Shown: in pieces, positions 26,116 through 36,845 of the stretch
How positions within the stretch are numbered: position 1 is the first letter of the stretch
Layout: each line of letters starts with the position of its first letter
Source: Diplonema japonicum
Lineage: Eukaryota > Protista > Euglenozoa: Diplonemea
Length of the DNA stretch: 64,000 nt
Assembly: GCA_964019335.1 (NCBI GenBank)
Contig: OZ025649.1
Location: 806,001-870,000 of the forward strand
Reading direction: 5' to 3'
Position numbers and translations under genes: made by a program
Notes under the pieces: generated by a model
The model's input: the letters and a program-made list of their open reading frames with translations, nothing else
What the model was told of the DNA's origin: nothing
Database searches by the model: none

Positions 26116-26953
26116 TGAAAGGAGGAAGGAAGGAAAAAAAAAAAAAGAAAGAAAGGAAAAAAAAAAAGAAAAGGAAAGAAACCATATTTTTTTTATTCCC
26201 CCCCTTTTACAAGGGTTTTTTTTTGTTCAAAATTTCTTAAAGATTACATGAATAGGAGAAATGGAAGTGAAAGGTCGCCGCTTGGTCTGAAAGGCAAAAG
26301 GGGCAACCCCCCCCCCCCCCCCCCCCGGCAGTAAGAAGCCCCGGCATTTTATTTATTCTTCTCAATTAGTCTAAGCAACATAGCTGCCTCAAGGGGCATT
26401 GACTTTCTTACTTTGAGTTTCTTCTTCTTGTCTGTGGAAGGAAGTATTTTGTTTCTGGTAGTTTTTTTTTTTATTCCACTCTTAACAGTTTTTTTTTTTT
26501 TTTTTTTTTTTTTTTTCCTTCTCCTATTGAGCAACCTCTCTACCTTTTATCTCTATCTAAACTTCTTTTAAGGAGGGAACGAGATAAAAAGAGGAAGAAA
26601 TTAATATGGGATCAAAATAGGGGCGAACAAAAAGAGATTCCAGAATCGGGGGGGGGGGGGGTTAGTTTTTTTTATTATGTTTTTTTATTTCATTTCTCTC
26701 TTTTCTTTTACTTGTTGGTGGGGATACAAAGGGGAGGGTGTGATATTCCCTGTCGTGTTGATTGCTGGTTCTCACTCTCTTTCAAAAAAGAAAATGCAAC
26801 AATTACTTAAAAAACACTTTTTATCGCCCCCTCCCCCGTTCCCATCCTATCATACACGGAAAGGAATACCCCCTTCTTTTTTTATGTTTTTTTTTTATAT
26901 GTATTTTTTTTAATATCATCTTATCAACGCTACCAAGCGCCTTTCTTAGGAGA

Positions 26954-27589
26954 ATGGGTAAAATGAAGGTCCCACACATCCCTGTTCTGTCTCTGGAAAG
27001 CGATGTGCTTGGTGCTGTGGACTGTGGATCTGCAAGGAGCTTGTTCGAGTCTGCAAGGCAGAGGGTTGAATCCGCACGATCTGTCGGTAGTGATGAAGGT
27101 GTCGAGGAGGGGTACAAGGTAGCTGTGATGGGGATGAGGCTAGTCGACATGGTAAAGGAGATGAAAATTGAGAGAGAGCTGCTTCTAACGAAGCTTGCGG
27201 ACCTTCAAAAGAATCTTCATGAGCAGAAGGCAGAAAATCTCTACTGGGACGGCGAGGTCCGGACTATAACCGACCAGCAGCAGCAAGATCGTCACCATCA
27301 GAAACAAGAAGTGGAGAACCTTGTGTGGATGCAGCAGCAGGCTGCGGACAATTTACAAGAAGCACGGCATCTGCTTCAGAACACTCCTCAGGCAGAGTTT
27401 GCTTCCCGGCATTTACTCATTTCTGAAGAGGCTGCCTTACGCTTGGGCCTCACCAATGACCTGCTCTCCGGCATCGCTACTACACTTGTCTCTGAGTCGG
27501 TTTTATCGCATGCAACACTAACCCCTCTTCTTCTCATTGTCTTCTCCTTGCTGTTCATATGGCTGTACATACTATCCCCCACTGGATAA
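26954..27589 (+). CDS. Coiled-coil protein with C-terminal TM anchor (tail-anchored, unknown)
   Basis: ATG just after a pyrimidine tract and AG; Q/E-rich helical region; terminal LLLIVFSLLFIWLYIL. Confidence 0.7.
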   Translation: MGKMKVPHIPVLSLESDVLGAVDCGSARSLFESARQRVESARSVGSDEGVEEGYKVAVMGMRLVDMVKEMKIERELLLTKLADLQKNLHEQKAENLYWDGEVRTITDQQQQDRHHQKQEVENLVWMQQQAADNLQEARHLLQNTPQAEFASRHLLISEEAALRLGLTNDLLSGIATTLVSESVLSHATLTPLLLIVFSLLFIWLYILSPTG

Positions 27590-27895
27590 GAAAAAGAAAA
27601 GGAAAAAAAGAAGAAACCTCACTATTATAAGATATTTTTAATTCTATGCTATCAGGGATGCACAGGAAGGGAGGTCTCACAAAGGCCTCCTTTGATGTAC
27701 ATGTATATTTTTTTATTATTCGGCTCAATGGCTGTCTGCGGTGGTTGGCTGGAATAAGGAATGCGATCATGTCAAGACTTGGTCTCTTTTCTCGTTTCAT
27801 TTCTTTTTTTTTTTCTCCCTTCGCCCTCCTTTGGATCAGCAACTAACGGAATATATATGATACTTGATTTTATTTAGTCCAGACAGCTACAGATT

Positions 27896-27927
<32 letters not shown>

Positions 27928-28962
27928 AGAACACAGATAGACAAGCTTTTGAAAAAAGAATTACCCCCCCCCCCCAGGCATATTGGTGAAATGAAATGTT
28001 TTTCGCACATTTTCACGTGATCCAAGATTATCAAAACGATACGCATTTTCACATATTTTCGCATTCGAAAATATGCGAGAACAGCCACTAGAAAACTGCC
28101 TTCACTTTTTTTTTTTTTGAGCTTATGCTTATTTAGATTGAAGGAAGTATAGCTTTGCCGGAAATAATATGATCTCTCTTCCCCTGTTTTGGTAGAAGAT
28201 GAGAATGAGGGGTGGCCAAAGATTTCCTTTCCTTCTCTCTTTTTCCTTTTTAAACTCACATTATGATGCTTCCACCACAGTGCAACGAAGGTCCAAGGCC
28301 CCGGCCCCCGTGAAGGCGGAGGTCGGGGTTGCCTAAGGTTCGCTCCTTTACGTTCTGTTTTTTTAAGTACTTCTATATCTTTCACTTTGACTTGGTTTAA
28401 GGATAATGCACTGTACAAGGTGCCACCAAGGGGGTGCCAGCGTGTTGTTTCATTCCCCATTTCCCTCCCTCCTAGCTGGCAGGGTGTGCCGTGGCGGAGG
28501 GACTGAATCGGTTTTCTCCTCCACTCTGATTCCGTCGATTTTTACTTTATATTTTATTTTTCTTTTTTTCTGGTGGGGGCCGTAGCTAACACCTCACCAA
28601 TCAGTAGTGAATCTTTTTTCTCTTCTTCCCCCCCCCCCCCCCCGACACCACGCACCGTGGAGGTGGGCCAAACTCAAGCCCGCTATCTGGGGGCAGCGAT
28701 CTATCGAAAGGTGTTAGTAAGGTGATAGGCTGTTAGTACAATAGGAAGGAATGTAATGGGGTGACACGTGGGGGGTTTTTGTTTTCTTCTCCGTCTACTT
28801 TACTTTCTCTTTTTTTTTTTCGAGGCACGTTTTCGCCAGGCCATTTTCAGAAGTACCTTCCCTCTCTGAACAATGGTGTCTGGCTTACGCGTTCTCTCAT
28901 TCTCTCTTTCCCCTTTCTGAAGCTTTCACCTTTCAGCACGTTCGCACAGGATGGCCCCATAG

Positions 28963-30006
28963 ATGAAGTCGACAGGGTGGTTGCTGACAAAGAGCGACAT
29001 CGTTTGCTCGCGTATGCTTCTCAGGAGGTACGAGAAGCAAAAGCCACGAGGTGTCGAAGTGAGTAGATTAGTTTTGGGCTCACTAGCGGAGTGGCGCAAG
29101 GACGGGGCGGCCACAGGGATTCAGACTGCCATCCGGGCCATCCAACTGCTGCAGGCCCATTCCCTCCACAAGTCATGCATGAGGGTCTGGGAAGGAAGCG
29201 TCCGTGCACAAGGCCTGCAGCTACCGGTGAAGTCTTACAACCAACTCCTTAAGGTTTTTTCAAAAGGCGGTGACCTATCGGGTTTGAAGAGAGTGTGGGA
29301 AGAGATGAAAGCATTTAACATACAGCCCACTGCAGTGTCTCTGCACGCCTTTGCGCACTGCCTCGTAAAGCGCGGTCACTCGGAAAAGGCCTTAACCGGC
29401 CTCACCCAATCATTAAGCATAGTGAGCCCCGAGCCTGCTGCCATCTGCGTGGCACTGTCTGCCTGCAAGAGTGAAGCCGCCGCGTTGGCATACTTAGAGC
29501 GTGCCCTGCCTGAAGGCGTTGTGCGGGTTAAGTCTGTTTATGAAGCGTACATGGGTGTGTATGCCCGCTTGGGGCAGACAGGGGTTGTGGAGCAGATGCT
29601 TGCTTCGACCCCTTATGGTGCCGATACGAATTGTTACAGGCTTCTCCTCACCAGCTACTCTCGGAACAATGATTGGCACGGTGCTAAACTAGTGTGGGCG
29701 AGAATGCTGGTGCGCAGTTTATCACCAGGCGATCGTGAGGCCACAGCCCTCTTGCACTGCTGCGGGTCGCACCTCAAGAACTTCCCATCCGACTACGCCG
29801 CCCTCGCTGCTGCAGAAGACGTCTTTGCCATGCACCGTAAAGAGACTAACACACAGCATCGCCTTTATACCGCGTTGATGCGAATCTACGTTTTTACGAA
29901 GCAGCCCCTCAAAGCGTCTTCCCTGTACCGCTACATGCGCAAGCACTCTATTACCTTTACGGAACCTTTCCTGCTGCAGGCGAGGCTCGTTATGAAGGAT
30001 GTCTGA
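28963..30006 (+). CDS. Pentatricopeptide repeat (PPR) protein
   Basis: PPR-like 35-aa repeats: SYNQLLKVFSKGGDLSGLKRVWEEMKAFNIQPT, CYRLLLTSYSRNNDWHGAKLVWARML, LYTALMRIY..ASSLYRYMRKHSI. Confidence 0.8.
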   Translation: MKSTGWLLTKSDIVCSRMLLRRYEKQKPRGVEVSRLVLGSLAEWRKDGAATGIQTAIRAIQLLQAHSLHKSCMRVWEGSVRAQGLQLPVKSYNQLLKVFSKGGDLSGLKRVWEEMKAFNIQPTAVSLHAFAHCLVKRGHSEKALTGLTQSLSIVSPEPAAICVALSACKSEAAALAYLERALPEGVVRVKSVYEAYMGVYARLGQTGVVEQMLASTPYGADTNCYRLLLTSYSRNNDWHGAKLVWARMLVRSLSPGDREATALLHCCGSHLKNFPSDYAALAAAEDVFAMHRKETNTQHRLYTALMRIYVFTKQPLKASSLYRYMRKHSITFTEPFLLQARLVMKDV

Positions 30007-30054
30007 AACATTTCGCTTTTTTTGTTCTTTTTTGTTAACTTTCTTAAACAGGTC

Positions 30055-32409
30055 ATGGGGGACATCATGAGCCTAATCAGGCGCTACCTGGACTACCCAG
30101 TGGTTCCTGCCGACAATGAGCTTGACAGGCTGCGCAAGAACATCTTCATGGTTTTATACCCTGTTGTAGTTTTTACTATGGGAACGCTTATCGTGCTCAC
30201 GCCTGCGCTGTTCAGCAAGTTTCTTGCTGTGCTTTCAACTTCTGTCTCAGTGCTGGCTCACATGTACTTGTTGTACACAAAGCATCTGACGACCTTATTC
30301 ATCAAGCTGTACATCTCTTTCTGCTGTTTAATCATCTTGCACAGTGATCTTGTTACCGCGTCGGAGAGCGCCGGTCGTGCATGGCCCTTCCAGGTAATCC
30401 TCATCGACATTTTACTCGTGTCCCGAGTGGAGGAGTCCTTCAGCAGATGTATGGTGGCTGTTGTTTGTGTCTACCTGACCTTGACGAATATCGAAGGCGC
30501 TTTCCGCTTCGGCCTCTACGACTCCCCTACCTTCGCATCGCAGGAGCAGCGCCGTGAGGTTTACAACTGCACTGATCTCCCCTGCGCCAACGCTCCTCTT
30601 GCTGCGCAGAATTATTTGGGAAGCATACTCATTTTCCTGCTGGACTACTATTTCACAAGAGGCTTTGCGAGTAGTTTAGTACAAGAGAAGGCAAAGGTGG
30701 AGGCATCGGTGGAGACAGCCGAGAAGATCGCCCGCAGCCTTGCGAACTTCGACCTTGATTCAGCTGAGGACGACCTAGCTGACGAGCGCCTGCCCCCCAA
30801 GCTACATGCCGCGTTTGACAACATCCTCCAGAACCTGAAGCTCTACAGGCCGTTCCTTCCAGATGCCTTGTTCGAAGGGAATGGCAGGGACAGTGAGAAC
30901 GGGAGCCCTCTTGGAAGCAGCTTGATGCCGCCTGGGACCAGCGGTGAACCAGATGGGAGCAGGATAGCAGTTGTGTTCACAGACATCCAGTCCTCGACAG
31001 CGATCTGGGAGGCTTGCCCTGATGGGATGAAGAAGGCGTTGAAGCTTCACAACAAGACCATTCGGAAGTTTATTGACATGTGCCAAGGGTACGAGGTGAA
31101 GACCATTGGTGACGCCTTCATGGTGACCTTCGCCTCCCCTACGGATGCTGTGGACTTTGGGCTTGCTGTTCAGAAGGCTCTTGTTGCATGCTCGTGGCCA
31201 AATGATCTCTTCGATCTTCCGTTGTGTGAGCGGGACTCTGAGGGTCTGTGGGGTGGGCTCCGTGTGCGTGTTGGGGTCCACTACGGGGAGGCAGAAGCAG
31301 AGCTGAATGCCATCACAGGACGCTTCGACTACTTCGGGAACACAGTGAATGTGGCCGCCAGGGTGGAGGCGGCTTCTGTCGGTGGTGGGGTTGCTGTCAC
31401 TCCTGAGGTTCTGGCAGAACTCACAGATAGAACCTCCTTCATCGAGATCCCTGTTGGCTCCGTTAGTCTGAAGGGTGTCTCGAGCAGCAGGAAGCTCTCA
31501 ATCATCATCCCCGAGGAGCTTCGTGGCAGGAGGTCTTATGTTGAGGGGCAGCTCAGGACGAGGGGGACAACACCCAAGGCATCTTCGGAGGGGTCGCATT
31601 CTACTACAACGCGTGTGAACGTCCAGCCTGCAGATCAGGTTCCGAACACACGCTTGGAGCACATTGCGAACGCCACCGTTGGCTGTGTGGAGGTGAGGGT
31701 GGGGAACAGCGGTGGAACAGCCGACTACACCACTGTGAACGAGGGGGTGTGCCGAACTCTGCACTCACTGGACAGGTGTGGTGGAACAGTGGTGGCGGTG
31801 GTGGGGTCCTCCATCACTGTGGGGTGGAACACTGCGAAGAAGACATCGACACACTTCGAGAGCTCTCTGCGGTTCGCATCATTCGTTCTCGGGAGGAGGT
31901 ACGCCAACAGCGATGTGTGGGTGGGTCTGAGCAGCGGCCCTGTTGTGAGTGCGACGGTCGGGACGCACGGGCAGCGGTTCGTGACTGTGATGGGGGACTG
32001 CGTGAAGCTGAGCTGTGCGATGGCGGCGGCTGCTGCTGAGTACAGGACCTGTGCGCTGTTCTCGTCGTCGTCGATGACACACTTCTTCACAGGGCTCCGG
32101 TCTGACCTGAAGAACATCCTGCGCCCCCTTGCGAATTGGGAGGTTCGTGCGGCTGACAAGCCCCAGACACTTGTGGTGTACGAGATCTCGATACCTAGGC
32201 TGTACGACACAGACCTGACGAGCATGGTGAAGCAGGAGGGAGAGGCTGGGGTGAGCCCTACCGGAGGGGAGATGAGCTGGTGCTGGTCGGATGCCTACTG
32301 GGAGGCCTTCACGGCTGGTGACCAGGAGCTCATCGAGAGGCACGCTCCATCGGATCCTGTCCTGAGCACTGTACGAGGGAGTGCACCCAAGGTTGTGGTG
32401 CTGCGGTGA
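30055..32409 (+). CDS. Membrane class III adenylate cyclase, array copy 1
   Basis: ~6 N-terminal TM segments; VFTDI, YEVKTIGDAFM, GLRVRVGVHYG, DYFGNTVNVAARVE; degenerate second cyclase-like domain; ATG follows CAG acceptor. Confidence 0.92.
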   Translation: MGDIMSLIRRYLDYPVVPADNELDRLRKNIFMVLYPVVVFTMGTLIVLTPALFSKFLAVLSTSVSVLAHMYLLYTKHLTTLFIKLYISFCCLIILHSDLVTASESAGRAWPFQVILIDILLVSRVEESFSRCMVAVVCVYLTLTNIEGAFRFGLYDSPTFASQEQRREVYNCTDLPCANAPLAAQNYLGSILIFLLDYYFTRGFASSLVQEKAKVEASVETAEKIARSLANFDLDSAEDDLADERLPPKLHAAFDNILQNLKLYRPFLPDALFEGNGRDSENGSPLGSSLMPPGTSGEPDGSRIAVVFTDIQSSTAIWEACPDGMKKALKLHNKTIRKFIDMCQGYEVKTIGDAFMVTFASPTDAVDFGLAVQKALVACSWPNDLFDLPLCERDSEGLWGGLRVRVGVHYGEAEAELNAITGRFDYFGNTVNVAARVEAASVGGGVAVTPEVLAELTDRTSFIEIPVGSVSLKGVSSSRKLSIIIPEELRGRRSYVEGQLRTRGTTPKASSEGSHSTTTRVNVQPADQVPNTRLEHIANATVGCVEVRVGNSGGTADYTTVNEGVCRTLHSLDRCGGTVVAVVGSSITVGWNTAKKTSTHFESSLRFASFVLGRRYANSDVWVGLSSGPVVSATVGTHGQRFVTVMGDCVKLSCAMAAAAAEYRTCALFSSSSMTHFFTGLRSDLKNILRPLANWEVRAADKPQTLVVYEISIPRLYDTDLTSMVKQEGEAGVSPTGGEMSWCWSDAYWEAFTAGDQELIERHAPSDPVLSTVRGSAPKVVVLR

Positions 32410-33472
32410 AAACTCTAATCTATAAGGTGTGCTAAGGGCAGGGCCCTAGAAACACCTGAGCTACAATTATTTCTCTGTTCCAATTCTGTAGAATAAGAAA
32501 TTGATATTCTTGGGCCTAATGTAAGGCTGTGATGGACGCCACCGACAGGCCACGCATTCTGTGTTTTGTTTTCTTCTGGGTATTTGGTCAACTGCTTGCA
32601 ATTCCATGCAAAATCAAGATATTTCTTGGGTTCTTTCTACCGTTCTTCGCTACTGCCTGTTGCTATCAACTATGGTCATACATGGCATACATGGGGTATT
32701 CGTTTACTAGTTACTTCTTCTTCTTATTTCTTATTCTTATTCTTCTATTTTATATCTGTAAAGTGAAAGAAATGCTTCTTTCATTTTTTTTATATTACCT
32801 TATAGGTGAGCGAATTACTGTACTTAGGTCTTGAATCCTTCGGTTTAAGGGTATTTCTCCACCCAAAGGCAATCGGCAGTATAGCTAAGGTAATTCTCGC
32901 CGAGCATACGAACTTTCGATTTTACAAAAGTTCCTCCTCCCCCCCCCCTTTTTTTTTGAGAATGAAAAAACATGTTTGTTATTTTTTTATTTTTTTTTTC
33001 TTACTACGTTCTTCTTTCTTATTCTTTTCTTTTAAGTTTTCCTTGAAGCCTTTGAGGGTCAGTCCCGTCTACCTGAAGGCCAAGGCTGGGAAGCGGCAGG
33101 GTTAACACTACGCTGGCAGCATCAGATATCAAGATGTGTGTGCGAGTTGAGTCGTCAAGCGTACTTGAATTACTTATTATTAGGTTTTTTTTCTTTACGG
33201 GATTTCCACCAGTTTTTAAAAGAACAGGTCACAAGGGAGATCATCGATCGTTATCATGAAAAAGGTGACCGTCATCCTCATAAGAATACCCTTGTTCTTT
33301 ATAAACAGCTCTCAGCATGCGTGGTGCTGTAGTTTTTGTCACTTGGCCGCGTGGCAGGAATCAAAAGGATGTTCACGCTTAATCCAGAATATTTATTTTT
33401 TTTCAGTAGAACTTCTCCCTTCGCTTCCTCTCACGTCACCACAGGTTACGGTTGGGCTTCGTGGGTGGCATT

Positions 33473-35824
33473 ATGGTCGCTGACGTCCTGCGGCGATTTG
33501 TTGACTACCCGGTGGTCCCAACTGACAATGAGCTCGACAGACAACGCAAGAACATCTTCATGGTTTTGTACCCTAGCGTTATGGTGGTGGCCATGACCCT
33601 CGGCTCGTTCACGCCCATTGAAGCGAGCAGGATCGCTAGCTACATTGTATTAGGCTTCACCGTCATCGCGCTGGGGCACCTCTTGCGCACGAAAACCTTG
33701 TCGACGTTGACTATCAAGCTTTTCGTGGTGTTCTGCTTCTTCGCTCTCATATACAGCGACATAGTGACGGCAGCAGAGAACACCAGTCGAGCGTGGCCCG
33801 TGCTGGTCATCCTCATCGACATTCTGCTCGTCACCCGCATTGAGGAGTACTTCAGCAAGGCCATGGTCGGCACCGTCGTCATCTACCTCTCACTGGTGAC
33901 CGTCGAGAGCGCCTTCCGTTTCGGCCTCTACGACCTGCCCTTCCTCGCTACGCAGAAGCAGCGTCGCGACATCAACGACTGCGAGAGCCTCCCCTGTGCC
34001 AGTGTGCACGTCGCTCTTCAGAATTATAGTTCCAGTCTCCTGACCTTCCTTTTAGACTACTACTTCACGCGGGGTTTTGCAAAGAATCTTGTAGATGCCA
34101 AGGCAAAGGTGGAGGCATCGGTGGAAACAGCCGAGAAGATCGCACACAGCCTTGCGAACTTCGACCTTGATGCAGCTGAGGACGACCTCAGCAGCGGGGG
34201 ACATAGCCTGGCTCCCAAGCTGCACGTCGCCTTCGACAACATCCTCCAGAACCTGAAGCTCTACAGGCCGTTCATTCCAGATGCCTTGTTCGAGGGCCAC
34301 CACCGTGAGAGTGATCCTGAGAGTCCTCTAGGTTTAAGCTTAATGCCGCCTGGGACCGGTAGGGAGACCGAGGGTGAAAGGATAGCAGTTGTGTTCACAG
34401 ACATTCAAGAGTCGACAGCGATCTGGGAGGCTTGCCCTGATGGGATGAAGAAGGCGTTGAAGCTTCACAACAAGACCATTCGTAGGCAGATTGACATGTG
34501 CCAAGGGTACGAGGTGAAGACCATTGGTGACGCCTTCATGGTGGCCTTCACCTCCCCTACGGATGCTGTGGACTTTGGGCTTGCTGTTCAGAAGGCTCTT
34601 GTTGCATGCTCGTGGCCAAATGATCTCTTCGATCTTCCGTTGTGTGAGCGGGACTCTGAGGGTCTGTGGGGTGGGCTCCGTGTGCGTGTTGGGGTCCACT
34701 ACGGGGAGGCAGAGGTGGAGCTGAATGCCATCACAGGACGCTTCGACTACTTCGGGAACACAGTGAATGTGGCCGCCAGGGTGGAGGCGGCTTCTGTCGG
34801 TGGTGGGGTTGCTGTCACTCCTGAGGTTCTGGCAGAACTCACAAATAGAACCTCCTTCATCGAGATCCCTGTTGGCTCCGTTAGTCTGAAGGGTGTCTCG
34901 AACAGCAGGAAGCTCTCTGTTCTCCTTCCTGAGGAACTCCGTGGCAGGAGGTCTTATGTTGAATGGCAGCTCAGGTCTAAGGCATCGAGGGCGAAGCAGC
35001 CTTCTGATGGGTCTCAGCACTCGAGAGGCGTCCAGCAGATAGAACACGCACAGGTTCCGAACACACGCTTGGAGCACATTGCGAACGCCACCGTTGGCTG
35101 TGTGGAGGTGAGGGTGGGGAACAGCGGTGGAACAGCCGACTACACCACTGTGAACGAGGGGGTGTGCCGAACGTTGAACTCACTGGACAGGTGTGGTGGA
35201 ACAGTGGTGGCGGTGGTGGGGTCCTCCATCACTGTGGGGTGGAACACTGCGAAGAAGACATCGACACACTTCGAGAGCTCTCTGCGGTTCGCATCATTCG
35301 TTCTCGGGAGGAGGTACGCCAACAGCGATGTGTGTCTGGGTCTGAGCAGCGGCCCTGTTGTGAGTGCGACGATCGGGACGCACGGGCAGCGGTTCGTGAC
35401 TGTGATGGGGGACTGCGTGAAGCTGAGCTGTGCGATGGCGGCTGCTGCTGCTGAGTACAGGACCTGTGCGCTGTTCTCGTCGTCGTCGATGACACACTTC
35501 TTCACGGGGCTCCGGTCTGACCTGAAGAACATCCTGCGCCCCCTTGCGAATTGGGAGGTTCGTGCGGCTGACAAGCCCCAGACACTTGTGGTGTACGAGA
35601 TCTCGATTCCCAGGCTGTACGACACAGACCTGACGAGCATGGTGAAGCAGGAGGAAGAAGACGGGATGGGTCCTACCGGAGGGGAGATGAGCTGGTGCTG
35701 GTCGGATGCCTACTGGGAGGCCTTCACGGCTGGTGACCAGGAGCTCATCGAGAGGCACGCTCCATCGGATCCTGTCCTGAGCACTGTACGAGGGAGTGCA
35801 CCCAAGGTTGTGGTGCTGCGATAG
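33473..35824 (+). CDS. Membrane class III adenylate cyclase, array copy 2
   Basis: Paralogue of copy 1 with the same catalytic motifs. Confidence 0.92.
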   Translation: MVADVLRRFVDYPVVPTDNELDRQRKNIFMVLYPSVMVVAMTLGSFTPIEASRIASYIVLGFTVIALGHLLRTKTLSTLTIKLFVVFCFFALIYSDIVTAAENTSRAWPVLVILIDILLVTRIEEYFSKAMVGTVVIYLSLVTVESAFRFGLYDLPFLATQKQRRDINDCESLPCASVHVALQNYSSSLLTFLLDYYFTRGFAKNLVDAKAKVEASVETAEKIAHSLANFDLDAAEDDLSSGGHSLAPKLHVAFDNILQNLKLYRPFIPDALFEGHHRESDPESPLGLSLMPPGTGRETEGERIAVVFTDIQESTAIWEACPDGMKKALKLHNKTIRRQIDMCQGYEVKTIGDAFMVAFTSPTDAVDFGLAVQKALVACSWPNDLFDLPLCERDSEGLWGGLRVRVGVHYGEAEVELNAITGRFDYFGNTVNVAARVEAASVGGGVAVTPEVLAELTNRTSFIEIPVGSVSLKGVSNSRKLSVLLPEELRGRRSYVEWQLRSKASRAKQPSDGSQHSRGVQQIEHAQVPNTRLEHIANATVGCVEVRVGNSGGTADYTTVNEGVCRTLNSLDRCGGTVVAVVGSSITVGWNTAKKTSTHFESSLRFASFVLGRRYANSDVCLGLSSGPVVSATIGTHGQRFVTVMGDCVKLSCAMAAAAAEYRTCALFSSSSMTHFFTGLRSDLKNILRPLANWEVRAADKPQTLVVYEISIPRLYDTDLTSMVKQEEEDGMGPTGGEMSWCWSDAYWEAFTAGDQELIERHAPSDPVLSTVRGSAPKVVVLR

Positions 35825-36480
35825 GATCCTGTGTGAGGTGTAGTCGATGCTGCTGGCAATGTGTAATGTCTATGCGATGTGTATTGATGGAGTTCTCGGT
35901 TCGCAATGCGATGTCAAGCTGTGCCTGGGGCGTCAGATGCCCCTCACCACGGCCGTATCTTGTTATGACACATGTCATTAAGGGTACAAGGCATGCAGCA
36001 GTGGCCTATATACAGATAAATCAAGTTGACTTTCTTTTAGCACTAGCTTACGTTCGCGTCTGCCTTCGGTGGCAGCGGAGGGGTTATTTTTTATTCAGTT
36101 ATTTACCTCTCTATTTCTGGCTTCGGTTTTCTTGTTTTTTCTTCTTCTTCTTATTATTATTCTTGTGGTACCGAGACGAAAAGAGGGGAGAAGGGAATGG
36201 AAGTGAGAAGAGTTCCAGTTCCTCCTCCCGAATGAGTTCTAATAGTGTATGATCCACCGAGGGGGCATTTGGAGCCGAGGGCCCAAGGATGCCTTTTTTT
36301 TATAATTTGATATTTATACACGTTAAAGGAAGAACTCAGGAGTGGATCCTCGTCCTATATTTTCAGGAGTCATTGACTATTCTCCCCCTCCTCCCATCGT
36401 ATTGATATTTCCCCCCCTTTTTTCGTGGGTCGTTTCCTGTCATGTGAAGTTTCCCCTCTTGTTTTTTTTTTCTTTTTCCC

Positions 36481-36518
36481 ACCAACGATTCTAAAGCTAC
36501 AATTTCTGTACTTTATTG
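36481..36518 (+). other. Genomic relic of the spliced-leader (mini-exon) sequence
   Basis: ACCAACGATTCTAAAGCTACAATTTCTGTACTTTATTG matches nt 2-39 of the diplonemid-type SL exon as I recall it (AACCAACGATTTAAAAGCTACAGTTTCTGTACTTTATTG) with few substitutions. It is followed by repeat R rather than an SL-RNA intron. Confidence 0.88.
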
Positions 36519-36845
36519 GTGGTGGGGATAACATGGAAATATAAGAAGTACATCAGATGTGTTGTTCGCTGTTGACCTCCTCGTCGGTCATCACCGGTAC
36601 GCCCGAGTGGAAGAACGTAACGCAGATGCTCAGGGTGACGAACAGGCAGCAAACTGCACGAGCGCAGAATCTTGGTTACCCGGGACGCCCCGGCTAGGGT
36701 TGAGCACACCGCACGCATTAAGGACACGACGCGGAACGCAGAAGAAGCTACTGCTCGGCCGAGGAGCGCCCCCTGTAATCAAGTAGGTAGTTCGTGCTTC
36801 ATTGCACGCTTAACGCCACCTAGTGTTGCAATCAAAGCCCCATTT
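36519..36845 (+). repeat. Dispersed repeat R, SL-capped copy
   Basis: Aligns by eye with 41003-41330 and the reverse complement of 55351-55618; a further R 3' piece lies at ~36982-37020. Confidence 0.85.

Noticed and set aside
36481-36600. Functional SL RNA gene
   Set aside because: The exon is followed by repeat R rather than a GTATG-type SL intron, it lacks the first A, and it is not in a tandem array.
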